From the NCBI RefSeq assembly GCF_009914755.1, contig NC_060943.1: 64,000 nt of DNA. One strand, written 5' to 3'. How positions within the stretch are numbered: position 1 is the stretch's first letter; each line of letters opens with the position of its first letter. The DNA comes from the human T2T-CHM13v2.0 reference genome, Homo sapiens. Under the pieces are notes generated by a model. That model searched no databases and had not been told where the DNA came from. It saw only the letters and a list, made by a program, of their open reading frames with translations. The position numbers and the translations under genes are program-made. This document shows positions 34,107 through 55,189 of this stretch, one piece after another.

Positions 34107-35124
34107 TGAGTCACTGGGATTACACATGCCCGCCACCACACCCAGCTAAATTTTTTTGTATTTTAGTACAGACAGGGTTTCACCATGTTGCCCAGGGTGG
34201 TCTCAAACTCCTGAGCTCAGGCAATCCGCCCACCTCAGCCTCGCAAAGTGCTAGGATTACAGGTGTGGGCCATCATGCCTGGCCCCCATTACACTTTCTA
34301 GAGAGAGGAAGAAGTACTAACCTCACAGTGCAGACTGGAGACTGCACAGCACATGCGCAGATGGTCTTGACAGAGGATGCCTCCCTCTGTGCTGGGGAAC
34401 TCATCCTTGCCCATTCAGTTTCCGTGGCTCAAGCAGGCTGATGTCAGCCCTTGGCGATGCTGTTGGCGTGTGTGACCCACAAATCATTCAGAGGCAGCAG
34501 AGCCAGCCTGGAGATCCGGGCTGTGACTTCAGGACAGGAGACCCTCTCTCTGCACAGGTTATTATCCTAAACTGCCAAAGGTCACTGCGTGAAGCAATTT
34601 TACTAAGAGCCACCAAACCCCTCTCTTCCCTCCAACCAAGTTCATTCACCCTTCTCAGAAGAGCCCAAGAGACCTCTGTGAGAGTAAGACAGGAGTTGGC
34701 GATGGTGCAATTTGCAGAACGCCATGTTTGTTAGCGCCTTGTCTTCATGTGGCCGGAGGGCACTCCTGAAGCTTCAAACTCCTGTAAAAACGCTTCCTGT
34801 CCAGGGAGGGTGGTATGGGAAGTCTGAGGTGGCTGGGAGAGGAACTGGCGAAGTAAGGAGTTGGAGCAGGAGTCAGAGAGACATGGGATGGGGAAACTCA
34901 CAAGCAGACTCCACCCCAGTCAGGGAACCTCACTCACCGTTCCATTAAGGGCTGGAAAAGGAGGCACCGACAGGTGTCTCACAGAAGCGAATGGTAGCTG
35001 TTCAGGAGGCTGGACCCAGGAAAAAGGACATAAAATCGGGGAGGTGCCTCACCCTAATTTTTCTCAACTCCAGCAGAACCTTCTTAGAGAGCCTCACTCA
35101 ATTCCACATTTCTCCTCCTCTCAG

Positions 35125-35450
35125 ACAAGCCCGGCAGCTCCGTCCACGTCCTTTGCTGAATGGAGCCAGCGTGGTCACTTCTGCCCTATCGAGGAAGCTG
35201 AAGGCCCTGGCCCATCTCTGACAGCTCAGGGCACAGGAAAGCCTTGCCTCTGCCTAGTCTGCCCTCTGCTTCCCCACCAGCGTCATCTGTGGCCCACGGC
35301 TCTTGGCTGGACCTGCACTGAAGGACACAGCTGCTCCGAGCTACACAACAGGGTGGCTGTCCCTCCGCCCTCCATGTGTGGTGGCTGCTGCAGCAGGATA
35401 CAGCCAGCCTCCTGGCTGCTATCCCACAGTGCTATGGTTGATTGCGTTCT
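35125..35450 (+). pseudogene. Degraded FFAR2-like remnant, unit 3 (ICL1/TM2 to TM4)
   Basis: Colinear frameshifted blocks versus FFAR2: APVHVLLLN (35137-35161) vs APVHILLLS; FPTSVICGPRLLAG (35270-35311, 28/42 nt) vs FYSSIYCSTWLLAG; VAVP vs VAFP; RPPCVVAAA vs RPLYGVIAA; SWLLS--HSAMV vs AWVMSFGHCTIV. Confidence 0.75.
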
Positions 35451-35480
35451 TACACTGGAAGATAAACAGTGCTTGTGTCA

Positions 35481-35867
<387 letters not shown>

Positions 35868-36159
35868 TTATCTTAGGAGTGGAAGGTTTGCTGACTGAGA
35901 GGGAATAAAAGGGCCTCTAGGGTGCTGAAAATGGCCTGCATCTCAACCTGGGTGGTCATACACAAATGTACAGATATGTTAACATGCATCCAGCTGTATC
36001 CCTAAGTTGAGCTCACCTTTTTGTATGTATGTTACCTGTTAATAACACAATTGATAAAAGCCCCCTCTAAAATCCCACATCTTCCTATGGCTACCATAGA
36101 TATTTTAGGCTTATAATTGGTTTTGCTCCCCATATTTGCTATTCAAGATCTGTATAATT

Positions 36160-36950
<791 letters not shown>

Positions 36951-39169
36951 ATATAAGGGTTTTATCTTCATAAATGGCAAAGACTTCTAGAGACAGAAGG
37001 GAAGGCTTCTGGGTGCTAATTCACTGTGGCTTCATATCATCAAGTAGCAAGGGCTCAAGGAAAAAAAAAAGTGGGGGAAGGAATCCCCAAGACATTCCCA
37101 AAATTAAGACTACATTCTCCCCTCCCACCTTCTCCTGAGAGCAGTCTTCCCTGCTTCCTATGGAATCTGAATTCTTCTGGCATTGGAAAAGGCTCAGGGA
37201 AGATGGCTCAACGTGAAGAGGATCTCAGTTCACGTAAACTTTACCAAGAGCGGGTCTTAGAGTGTTATGTCCACTGCATCACTGTTTCTCAATCTATTTT
37301 TAACCACTTCCCACTTCTGATAAACAGAAACTTTACTTTCTGGTTTGCATTAAGAAAACCAGGGCTTTTCTCTCTCTCTTGGAAAATTTCCAAGCATTTT
37401 GAAACGTGCTGCCAACTCCCCGGGTGTGACACCCGGGAGTTTCTGATATCCTCCCTGCACTTCCTGAAAATCTGCCGTCTAATTTAAGTTTCCTAAGATT
37501 CTGCAAAGCAGACAGAAACCCTGGTGACTCCAGCGATACCACAACTCTTAGGGGAAGATGAGTCATGTATGTGGCAGAAGCAGGTAATGGAGGAAAACAG
37601 AGACAAGGTTGGGCTGGGGAAAGGAACACAGAGCAACTAGTTTTGCCCCCCATCTGGTGTGTCTTTTGCAGGATCAGCCAGCACCTGACTGCAAGTTTCC
37701 GCCTCCAGACACTCTGCTGCCTCTCCTCCCTGGCTCAGGGTCAGCACTGAAAATCAGCCCAAGGAAACGACCAGCTGCCTTCTGGCCCTTATCAAGGGTG
37801 GTGTGAACCCGCGCTAGCTACCCAGGGGTCTGGCCCGGAAGCGGCAGGGGGAGGGCTTTTTAGTCCTGTGTCTAGTCCAGTGGTCACCTCTGCACGGACA
37901 GCAGATGGAGAAGGGGGCTCGGGGAAGGAGGAAAAGGTCAGGCAACCTCTCCAGGATTCCTGGAATAAACATTCCTCCTCCCAAGCTCTTCATTCTGTTT
38001 CACAATCAAATCCAGAGTCTTATAAGCATTCATGGAAACCATGAAAGCAAACAACTTGGTAAACGGTAGACAGAAACAGTAAATAGAATCTTCCCTCTAC
38101 TTCCTGTGTATCCAGAATGTTTAGAGACAGGGAGTGGGGACTGACGACAGATTGCAGCATCTGGGATCTGGGGCTATGGCAGGAACGAGGACATGTGGAA
38201 GGCTGGGAGTTGCCTGGGTCTTGGGAGTCTGGGGTTGAAGGTTACTCCTTCATGGTTTCAGGGAAAGAGTGAAGACCACTGGCAAGAAGCCTGGTAACCA
38301 CACAGACACACCCTGCAGGAAGCAGTTGACACCATCTCACACCCTGACCTGTCCCCCATGTCCTCCTCTGTGGGATGCACAGGACTTCCAGGGGCCACCA
38401 AAGAAGTTGGGTCTAACCGGGGCCCTCACAGTACAGTGGCGAGTGTAGTGCGGTGGTAAAGACCATGGACTCCAGCCGGGCGCGGGGGCTCACGCCTGTA
38501 ATCCCCACACTCTGGAAGGCCAAGGTGTGCAGATCGCTTGAGTCCAAAAGTTCAAGACCAGCCTGGGCACATGGTGAAACCCCGTCTCTACAAAAAATAC
38601 AAGCATTAGCCGGGCATGGTGGCGCACTGTAATCTTGTAATCCCAGCTACTCGGGAGGCTGAAGTGGGAGGATTTCTGAAGTCGCAGGTTTCAGTGAGCC
38701 AAGATAGTGCCACTGTACTCCAGCCTGGGTGACAGAGTGAGACCCTGTCTAAAAAAAAAAAAAAAAAATTAGCCAGGCATGCTGGCGTGCACCTGTAATT
38801 CCAGCTACTCCAGAGGCTGAGGCAGGAGAATCACTTGAGCGTGGGAGGCAGAGATTTCAGTAAGCCATGATTGTGCCCCTGCACTCCAGCCTGGGCAACA
38901 GAGCGAGACCCTGTCTAAAAAAATAAAAAATAAAAAAAGCCCATGGACTTTTTAGTTCAGAGTTCAGTTCCTCCGTCCACCAGATGCATGACTCCAGGCA
39001 AATCACTTCTTTCTCTACATACTTCAGCTTCCTCGTCCGTTAAAGGGGATGAGTGTGTAACTTCCTAGGATGTTTTAAGATTTACATGAGTTCATCTTTG
39101 CAAAGCTTTTTGCATGGCACTTGATACACAGTGTCATACAATACAATAAATGTTGGCTGCCATGTCTGC

Positions 39170-40430
<1,261 letters not shown>

Positions 40431-41170
40431 GCTGGTGTGATTGGCCAGGAGTGAAGTCTAATAAACAGGACTCAGGTGGACGGAGAGTGGAGGAAGGAGA
40501 GGTCTCTGCAGAGAGAGGTTGGGGTATGGCTACCGGCAGTGGGTGGGAACAACCACAGAGGCCCACCACCAAGGCCACAGAGACAGAGTCTGCAGAGTTC
40601 TCCCAAGAAGCTAGCCTTGAGACGCTCCTTTTAATTTTCTTCTTCAGCAATGTACCAGCCCGGGGATGGGTTCTGCAGGGACTGTGGAAGTGAAGGACCC
40701 CACGACTGGAGTGACAGGGGAGGCTGCATAATAGACAACTAAAAGAGAAGATGCACGGAGGGGGGTGGGCATAAACTGTTACCTTCACAGTGGGTGAGCT
40801 CCTCTGGTGAGGCCTCTGCAGGGCTCAAAAAAGGTGATACGCAAATGAACTCAGGTGAACTGCACTGGCACAGGGGCCATTACGTCTCAAAGTCCATCAG
40901 CACGTGCTGGTCTAGATTCTCCTTCCCTCTTCATCCCTAGGAGAGTTCCATTTCTCTCTGGCATCCTGTACTTCCTTATTAATTGTCATTTATTTAAAAT
41001 TGCACACTGGGTGCAATGGCCCACACCTGTAATCCCAGCACTTAGGGAGGCCAAAGCAGGAGAATCGCTTGAGGCCAGGTGTTTGAGACCAGCCTGAGAA
41101 ACACAGCAAGACCCTGTCTCTACAAAAAATAGCAAATTAGCCAAGTGTGGTGGCCAAGCCCGTAGTCTCA

Positions 41171-41320
<150 letters not shown>

Positions 41321-42629
41321 TCACACCTGTAATCCCAGCACTTTGGGAAGCCAAGGTGAGAGTATGGCTTGAGGCCAGGAGTTTGAGACCAGCCTGGGCA
41401 ACATAACAAGACCCCATCTCTACCAAAAATAAAAATAATAAAAACATTTAGAAATAATAATAATAAAACAAAGTTACATATCTCAAATCCTAAGTGATCC
41501 TCTCTGCCCCGGGTGCACATTCTCCCTTATCCATGCCATCCTCAATCCCCTCAACCCCTGGCGACTGCAACACCCTCCTAGCGGATCCCTCTGCTTCCAG
41601 TTCTGTCCTTCTAGGGAGCATTCTTCACACAGTAGCAGGCTTGATCTTCTAGAATCATATATCACATCACATCATTCCCCTCTTATGGCCCTAAGTGACT
41701 TCCCACTGCTCAAAAATGGAGTCTTAAGGCCGGGTGCAGTGGCTCACACCTGTAATCCCAGCATTTGGGAGGCTGGCAATTGTTTCATTCATTCATTCAT
41801 TTAACAAATATATATCCACCCCCCAGGATGTGCCAGGATCTGTGCCAAGCATTAGAAATATCATGGTTGAAAAATACAGATGGGTCCAGGCGCAGAGGCT
41901 GACGCCTGTAATCCCAGCATTTTGGGAGGCCGAGGCAGGCGGTTCACCTGAGGTCAGGAGTTCAAGACCAGCCTGGCCAACATGGTGAAACCCCGTCTCT
42001 ACTAAAAATACAAAAATTAGCAGGGCATGGTGACAGACACCTGTAATCCCAGCTACTCAAGAGGCTGAGACGGGAAAATCAATTAAACCCAGGAGGCAGA
42101 GGTTGCAATGAGCCAAGATCACGCCACTATGCTCCAGCCTGGATGACAGAGCAAGACTCCGTCTCAAAAAAAAAAAAAAAGGTATATAGCCTGGATCATC
42201 AGTGCTGACCATGAGGAAAAAGGTCCTGTGGCTTTTGCTGCAAGTCCCTTAAACCACAAGACAGCTCTCAAGTGATTACACGTCCAGGATGTCTTAACAG
42301 GTCCCAGAAAAAGATAAATGAGGCATCTGAGGACAAGCGTCCTCTGAGTTTTTGAAATGGACTTATCTCCATTCTGAAGTCACTCTCATCCATCTATCCT
42401 CCACTGTCATCCAGGAAATAGTTACTAAGGGCCTAACATGTTCCAGGCTGCACGCCAGGTCCTGAGGATGCAATGGTGAGCAAAGCAGCTGTGTTCCCTG
42501 CTTTGTGGACAGTCTCATAAGGGGAGGTAGACTTCACATCCATCTTAATGCAAATCCTCATGCTAATGAACACATTATAATAAATTGAGACGTGGGACAT
42601 AGGAAGGAATAGTAAAAGATGCTATGAGA

Positions 42630-45120
<2,491 letters not shown>

Positions 45121-45125
45121 CTTAA

Positions 45126-45293
<168 letters not shown>

Positions 45294-45296
45294 TGA

Positions 45297-46980
<1,684 letters not shown>

Positions 46981-48534
46981 GGGTCCAACTTCCTGTGATG
47001 ACAGGCTGCATTATAAAGACGATGAGAGAAAACTGAACTTGGAAGGAACTGTGAAGGATATTGCTCTTGTGAAAGTTTACCCCCTTGAACTCGGTCTGAG
47101 AGGTTGGGTTTCCTTTTCCTGTGACGTAGGTGGACATCATGAACTGTGAGACTGAAAGCCTCCTTGGTGATGCTCCCTTCATAACTGCGGTGAACATTCA
47201 TAACTGCTGTGAACCCAGAGAGGGGGTTTCGTTGGGGCGTCTTCCACAGGGGGACTCACGACAGTGACGGCGAAAGGCAGGAGGTGGGGGGAGAAGAACG
47301 TGCAGAGACAGAGAGGCAGTCCCACTCCTCAACACTTGTTTTCCAATGAGTTTCCTGGATTCTGCAATTAAATCCAGATCCTCGTGCATGTTTATAGGAA
47401 ATCATAAAAACGAAATGACACAAATAAATTTGGTGGCAACAAGAGAGAATGGTCTCTTTCTTAGTTCTCCTGTTGATCTGAGAAGCGACGTGTGCTGGGG
47501 GAAGGAAATAAAGAACTAGAACGCCTTCAGAGGAGAGTAGAGTGGACGAGAAAGAAAAGCTAAATATCAAAATGTCTAGACCCTGGGGTTACAGACCACA
47601 AAAAGAATAAATGACTGACTGACTGAATGACTGAATGAATGGCAAACAATAGGAAGTAGGTATGTCCTAGGGAAAGAATGGGGATTCTGTGAGCAGGAAT
47701 CAGGCCACAGATGGCAGAACAGAGACTTCTTTCTGAGACTTCCTCCCTAGTTCAAGAGGAAAACACGTTCCAACGATCCTTGCTGCATTAGGTGTGTATT
47801 TCAAAGGGACCTTCAGGAGCTCCTAACCTGGGGCTACCAAGGTCAGAGAGGGGGAAACAGTGAGACTTTATCAGGGAAAGGAATGGAGCCTGAGTGCCAC
47901 TCCCTGACGAAAAGCCACATGGGCACGTGAACTCGGGCCTCCTGAATTCCTGACACTTTCCCAAGAGGGACAGCACATCCATGCCCTGAGCCTCTGGAGG
48001 CTGCACCAAGTGGCTCACTCTCTGTGAAGCTGCGTTACAGGCTTGAGACGAGGCAGCACTTACGGGCATCTGCTAAGTGCTTTATATACACAACCTCACT
48101 GAATCCTCGCAGAAGTCCTAGGATGTCAGAATTCGCATGCTCACTTGACTACAGCAAACTAGACTTCAGAAAACGGATCTGCCCCCAAGGTTGTAATGAA
48201 GGGACCTGGATTTGAGCCCATATCTGCATGACTATAACTCCCACACCATTTCCATCACAACAAGATGCAGGCCAGGACCAGCCTGTTTCAGCTGAGACGG
48301 GCAAAAGAAATGTGTTGGGGGCAGAGGGCAGGAGACCATAGAGAAAGTAAAAAAATTGAAGAAGAAAAGGAAGGAGTGCCGGGTGCAGTGGCTCACGCCT
48401 GTAATCGCAGCACTTTGGGAGGCCAAGGCAGGCGGATCACTTGAGGTCAGGAGTGCAAGACCAGCCAACATGGTGAAACCCTGTCTCTACTAAAAATACA
48501 GAAATTAGCTGGGCGTGGTGGCAGGTGCCTGTCA

Positions 48535-48735
<201 letters not shown>

Positions 48736-48924
48736 CTAAGAAAGAGAAAAGAAAATAATCTGACTTGGGAAGTAAAAAAAGAAAAATGCCTGGGAATTTT
48801 TTTTTTAAATCAGGAATTAAGGACAGAAAAATCTGAATTTGGAAGTCAAGAGTGAGGATTCTCTAGGGAGAGAATAAAGATGCTGGGCCTTTCCTTTGGG
48901 TTTGAGAGGAAATAGTGCTTAAAG

Positions 48925-48975
48925 ACTGACCTTCCTTTCTCTGGTCACGTGGCTGGTGCTAGTATAAATGCTTAC
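48925..48975 (+). promoter_or_regulatory. FFAR2: FFAR2 core promoter: E-box CACGTG (48946-48951) and TATA box TATAAA (48963-48968); TSS predicted ~48990
   Basis: Sequence GGTCACGTGGCTGGTGCTAGTATAAAT lies 1.5 kb upstream of the ATG. The same module recurs upstream of the paralogous remnants. Confidence 0.8.
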
Positions 48976-48989
48976 TACCAGCCAGGTTC

Positions 48990-49115
48990 CTCACCATTTT
49001 TTCCTGCATGGCATGGACAGAAGCAGGGGCTAAAGCTCTGTTCCTCTCTCCTGGAAGCTTGCAGACCTCCCTTCAGAACCAATCCCAAGAAGCCACCTAT
49101 CCGGAACAACACAAG
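48990..49115 (+). other. FFAR2: Predicted non-coding exon 1 of FFAR2, ending at a GC-type donor (CAAG|GCAAGG); intron 49116-50449
   Basis: Begins ~28 nt after the TATA box. AAG|GCAAG matches the GC-AG donor consensus and pairs with the strong acceptor at 50449. The same donor is found in the paralogue at 7435. Confidence 0.65.
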
Positions 49116-49534
49116 GCAAGGCAGCTAGTGTAGTGCTTGTGCTCTGGGAAGAGAGGCCAGGATCAGGTTTGAGGGGAAGGTTCTGGGAGACTGGAGGAAG
49201 GATGTCAGAACCAAATGGAAGACTCATACCCAGAGACAGGAGCTAGTGTGAGGAGCAAGGAAACAGCCAGGAAATCAAGGCTGGAGAGTGGACAGAGGGA
49301 CAGGACCTGGGTTGGGGCCAGCAAGGGTGACACCCCAAGTGGAAACTGAGTTACCCCGTGAAGAAGACGAGTTCTATTTATGGTCAGAATGCCACGCTCA
49401 AGGGCCAGTGAAGGCCTGTGGGCTTTTCTGAATATTTCTCTAAGGTCTTCTAGGGACAAGCCTTCCTCCTAAGGCTAGTGCTGGTTCATCCTTCTTCCCC
49501 TCCACCCTCCTCTAAGCCTCCCAGCTTCCCCTTT

Positions 49535-49839
49535 TCTTTTCTTTTTTTTTTTTTTTAGACGGAGTTTTTGCTCTTACCGCCCAGGGTGGAGTGCAATGGC
49601 GCAATCTTGACTCACTGCAACCTCTGCTTCCCGGTTCAAGCGATTCTCCTGCCTCAGCCTACCAAGTAGCTGGGATTACAGGTGCCCGCCATATCACCCG
49701 GCTAATTTTTTTTTTTTTTAGTGGAGATGGGGTTTCACCACGTTGGCCAGGCTTGTTTCGAACTCCTGACTTCAGGTGATCTGCCCGCCTCGGCCTCCCA
49801 AAGTGCTGGGATTACAGAAGTGAGCCACTGCGCCCAGCC
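49535..49839 (-). mobile_element. Antisense Alu in the FFAR2 intron
   Basis: TSD CCCAGCTTCCCCTTTTCT on both sides. Confidence 0.95.
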
Positions 49840-50450
49840 CCAGCTTCCCCTTTTCTAGAGAGTCCCAGAGTTTGGTGTTGGACAGGAGAGGACAAGGTGG
49901 GGGAGAATCTGTGCTCTGCAAAACAGACGAACGGAAGTAGGAAGCTGGGCTGGTGGCTGGGCACTTGGGTCCTTTGGAGAGCTGGCACTGGGTATCCGCG
50001 CCTGGGGCGCCACAGCCTCTTTATACTGATAAGCATCTTACAGCTCTCTCCCGGCACTGATGCCTTTCTCTCCTGCAGGTCTCTGTCTGAGAAAGGGACT
50101 TGAGTAAAGTTAGAAACTGGCAACAGTAACTTCCTGTATCTGTGAGGACAGGAGGAGAAAGGCTAGGGAAACTGGAGGGGGAATTCCCTTGGGAAGCCAC
50201 GAGTTGGTCTCCTCCAGAGACACATGATGGCAAACATAATCACTACTGCTTAATATCCCGCCCCAGGCAAAGTCAATAATTGCTCTGGGTAGTTCGAGCA
50301 GGTGGTGTGAGCAAGCCGTGGTGGCATCAGAAAGCACAGTCCTGGGAAGGGGACGGTGCCGGGGAGGATGTCCGCATCCTGAAGGAGAGCTGGCTGCGCG
50401 GGCTGTGAGTGAGACCTCCCTGACCCCGCCCTTTTTTGTTCCCCTCCAGG

Positions 50451-51443
50451 ATGCTGCCGGACTGGAAGAGCTCCTTGATCCTCATGGCTTACATCATCAT
50501 CTTCCTCACTGGCCTCCCTGCCAACCTCCTGGCCCTGCGGGCCTTTGTGGGGCGGATCCGCCAGCCCCAGCCTGCACCTGTGCACATCCTCCTGCTGAGC
50601 CTGACGCTGGCCGACCTCCTCCTGCTGCTGCTGCTGCCCTTCAAGATCATCGAGGCTGCGTCGAACTTCCGCTGGTACCTGCCCAAGGTCGTCTGCGCCC
50701 TCACGAGTTTTGGCTTCTACAGCAGCATCTACTGCAGCACGTGGCTCCTGGCGGGCATCAGCATCGAGCGCTACCTGGGAGTGGCTTTCCCCGTGCAGTA
50801 CAAGCTCTCCCGCCGGCCTCTGTATGGAGTGATTGCAGCTCTGGTGGCCTGGGTTATGTCCTTTGGTCACTGCACCATCGTGATCATCGTTCAATACTTG
50901 AACACGACTGAGCAGGTCAGAAGTGGCAATGAAATTACCTGCTACGAGAACTTCACCGATAACCAGTTGGACGTGGTGCTGCCCGTGCGGCTGGAGCTGT
51001 GCCTGGTGCTCTTCTTCATCCCCATGGCAGTCACCATCTTCTGCTACTGGCGTTTTGTGTGGATCATGCTCTCCCAGCCCCTTGTGGGGGCCCAGAGGCG
51101 GCGCCGAGCCGTGGGGCTGGCTGTGGTGACGCTGCTCAATTTCCTGGTGTGCTTCGGACCTTACAACGTGTCCCACCTGGTGGGGTATCACCAGAGAAAA
51201 AGCCCCTGGTGGCGGTCAATAGCCGTGGTGTTCAGTTCACTCAACGCCAGTCTGGACCCCCTGCTCTTCTATTTCTCTTCTTCAGTGGTGCGCAGGGCAT
51301 TTGGGAGAGGGCTGCAGGTGCTGCGGAATCAGGGCTCCTCCCTGTTGGGACGCAGAGGCAAAGACACAGCAGAGGGGACAAATGAGGACAGGGGTGTGGG
51401 TCAAGGAGAAGGGATGCCAAGTTCGGACTTCACTACAGAGTAG
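50451..51443 (+). CDS. FFAR2: Free fatty acid receptor 2 (GPR43), class A GPCR for short-chain fatty acids, 330 aa, intronless CDS
   Basis: ORF MLPDWKSSLILMAYIIIFLTGLPANLLAL...SSDFTTE* with 7 hydrophobic helices, ERY, CFGPYN and DPLLFY motifs, and the carboxylate-binding H140/R180/H242/R255. The ATG at 50451 follows a polypyrimidine tract and CAG acceptor (AG 50448-50449). The extra 5 aa in the ORF track are intronic. Confidence 0.99.
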   Translation: MLPDWKSSLILMAYIIIFLTGLPANLLALRAFVGRIRQPQPAPVHILLLSLTLADLLLLLLLPFKIIEAASNFRWYLPKVVCALTSFGFYSSIYCSTWLLAGISIERYLGVAFPVQYKLSRRPLYGVIAALVAWVMSFGHCTIVIIVQYLNTTEQVRSGNEITCYENFTDNQLDVVLPVRLELCLVLFFIPMAVTIFCYWRFVWIMLSQPLVGAQRRRRAVGLAVVTLLNFLVCFGPYNVSHLVGYHQRKSPWWRSIAVVFSSLNASLDPLLFYFSSSVVRRAFGRGLQVLRNQGSSLLGRRGKDTAEGTNEDRGVGQGEGMPSSDFTTE

Positions 51444-51676
51444 CAGTTTCCCTGGACCTTCAGAGGTCGCCTGGGTTACACAGGAGCTGGGAAGCCTGGG
51501 AGAGGCGGAGCAGGAAGGCTCCCATCCAGATTCAGAAATCCTTAGACCCAGCCCAGGACTGCGACTTTGAAAAAAATGCCTTTCACCAGCTTGGTATCCC
51601 TTCCTGACTGAATTGTCCTACTCAAAGGAGCATAAGTCAGAGATGCACGAAGAAGTAGTTAGGTATAGAAGCACCT

Positions 51677-51978
<302 letters not shown>

Positions 51979-52480
51979 AGAAGCACCTTCAGGCTGGAGA
52001 AGCAGCGTAGCTAACACAAGTCCAGTCCTTGTGATGTGGCTGGTAGTTGGGGATGGCCAGGCTGAAGCAGAGAGTCCTAGAGAAATCTCGATACAAGCTT
52101 CAAAGCAACACCTAGACACTGCTCTAGCGGTTGATCCTGGAGATAAACCAACAAGAGAGAGATGGAAGAGAAATACTAAATGAGGTCAAAGAAGACTCAG
52201 AAAGGTTCTGAGCCTGGAGATGAGCAGGGAGGCCTCAGGGCTTAGACCTTTAATGATAGGGGTTTCCCTGCATTGGTTTGACCTGTTGCCTTTTTGATGT
52301 GCTCTGTTTGTTTTCATGTGTTGTCTTGTCTCCCCTGCTAAACTGGGAGCTGCCAGGGGTCTGGGTCTTATCTCCTTCCTCCATGGTACCCCACACAGGC
52401 CAGGATGTGGTTTGGTACCCAGCAATCAGAGATTGGCACTCCCTCATACAGGGGAAAGCAACCTGGTCTAGCAAATTGAA

Positions 52481-52486
52481 AATAAA
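52481..52486 (+). terminator. FFAR2: FFAR2 polyadenylation signal AATAAA (cleavage ~52500); the 3'UTR carries a sense Alu
   Basis: First canonical AATAAA I find after the stop codon, followed by GT/T-rich sequence. Confidence 0.7.
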
Positions 52487-52958
52487 GATGATAAAACTCT
52501 GAAGTGAATGTCCACAATTTTTGTAACACTGCTGCAAGCACAGGGAGGGCAAAAATAGGAGAGAGAACCAGATTCAGCAGCAAAGGGGAAAAGTGATGCA
52601 TCTGAAACCACAGAAACATCTTAAGATAAAGAGGTGGTGTGGGCAAAGGAAGTGAGAGCACTGACGGAATCGTCTTTCGAGGGATGAATAGAGAGTCCGG
52701 ACTTAGAAAGGATGCAGGGTGATTCCGATTCACAGTCATCTGTCTGCCACAGGGCCTTAAAACATGTCACCCTCCTGCTCAGAAACCTGCAGAGCTTTCC
52801 TATCATCAAAATGTTTCCTTGGCCAGTTGCAGGGGCTCATGACTGTAATCCCAGCACTTTGGGAGGCTGAGGTGGGAGGATCACTTGAGCCCAGGAGTTG
52901 GAGACCCACCTGGGCAACACAGTGAGACCCTGTCTCTCAATTTTAAAAATTTAATTTA

Positions 52959-53291
<333 letters not shown>

Positions 53292-53419
53292 TCATATTGT
53301 ACCATTCTTTTCCTTGCTTTGTCCTCTCTCTCCCCTTCCAGTTCTACCTGCCTAGCTCATTTTTCCACAATAAGGACTCCTAGACCATTCTCTCTAGTTA
53401 AATGACCTCCAGCCCCTAA

Positions 53420-54086
<667 letters not shown>

Positions 54087-54491
54087 TGAAAGCTCATTTT
54101 CTATTTTCCTCCTTCAAAAGAAGACTGGACAGGTGCCATAAGAACCCTGAATTCAGTGTCCATTCCACTTACTAAATGGATGGCCTGAAGCAAGCCACCT
54201 CCTCCAGCTTCTATTTCTAAATCATAGTGATTAGGATACTACATACCTCCCAAGATTATTCTGTGGATTAAAATAAGACTCTATGAATAAAATTGCTGAG
54301 AAATCATAGAATATTAAGTAGTTCTAAGATATAAATCCATGTACACAGATGTACCCTCACTTATTAGAAATATAATAAGTAAACATTAAAAATAGTGGAA
54401 ATAATGCTGGGCATGGTGGCTCATGCCTGTAATCCCAGCACTTTGGGAGGCCGAGATGGGCAGATCACTTGAGATCAGGAGTTCAAGATCA

Positions 54492-54721
<230 letters not shown>

Positions 54722-54880
54722 TCAACTACGGATAGCATGGCAGTAATATGTTTTAAAAAATCTGGGATTCTCAGCTGACTGTACATGCACTATGAGTCTG
54801 TGATGTATTACAGCTGCCACAAAAGCTAATTTGATTGGATTACATGAAAAGAAATCATGTTGGCCAGGCACAGTGGTTCA

Positions 54881-55169
<289 letters not shown>

Positions 55170-55189
55170 CTAGACAAGTTGATGATACT

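Noticed and set aside
50436-50450. N-terminal extension MFPSR in the ORF track
   Set aside because: TTG start inside the polypyrimidine tract of the splice acceptor; the true start is the ATG at 50451.
50250-51191. 313-aa antisense ORF over FFAR2 (also the alternative-frame + strand ORFs at 50318 and 50999)
   Set aside because: Shadow of a GC3-rich CDS that depletes stops in other frames; no domain resemblance.
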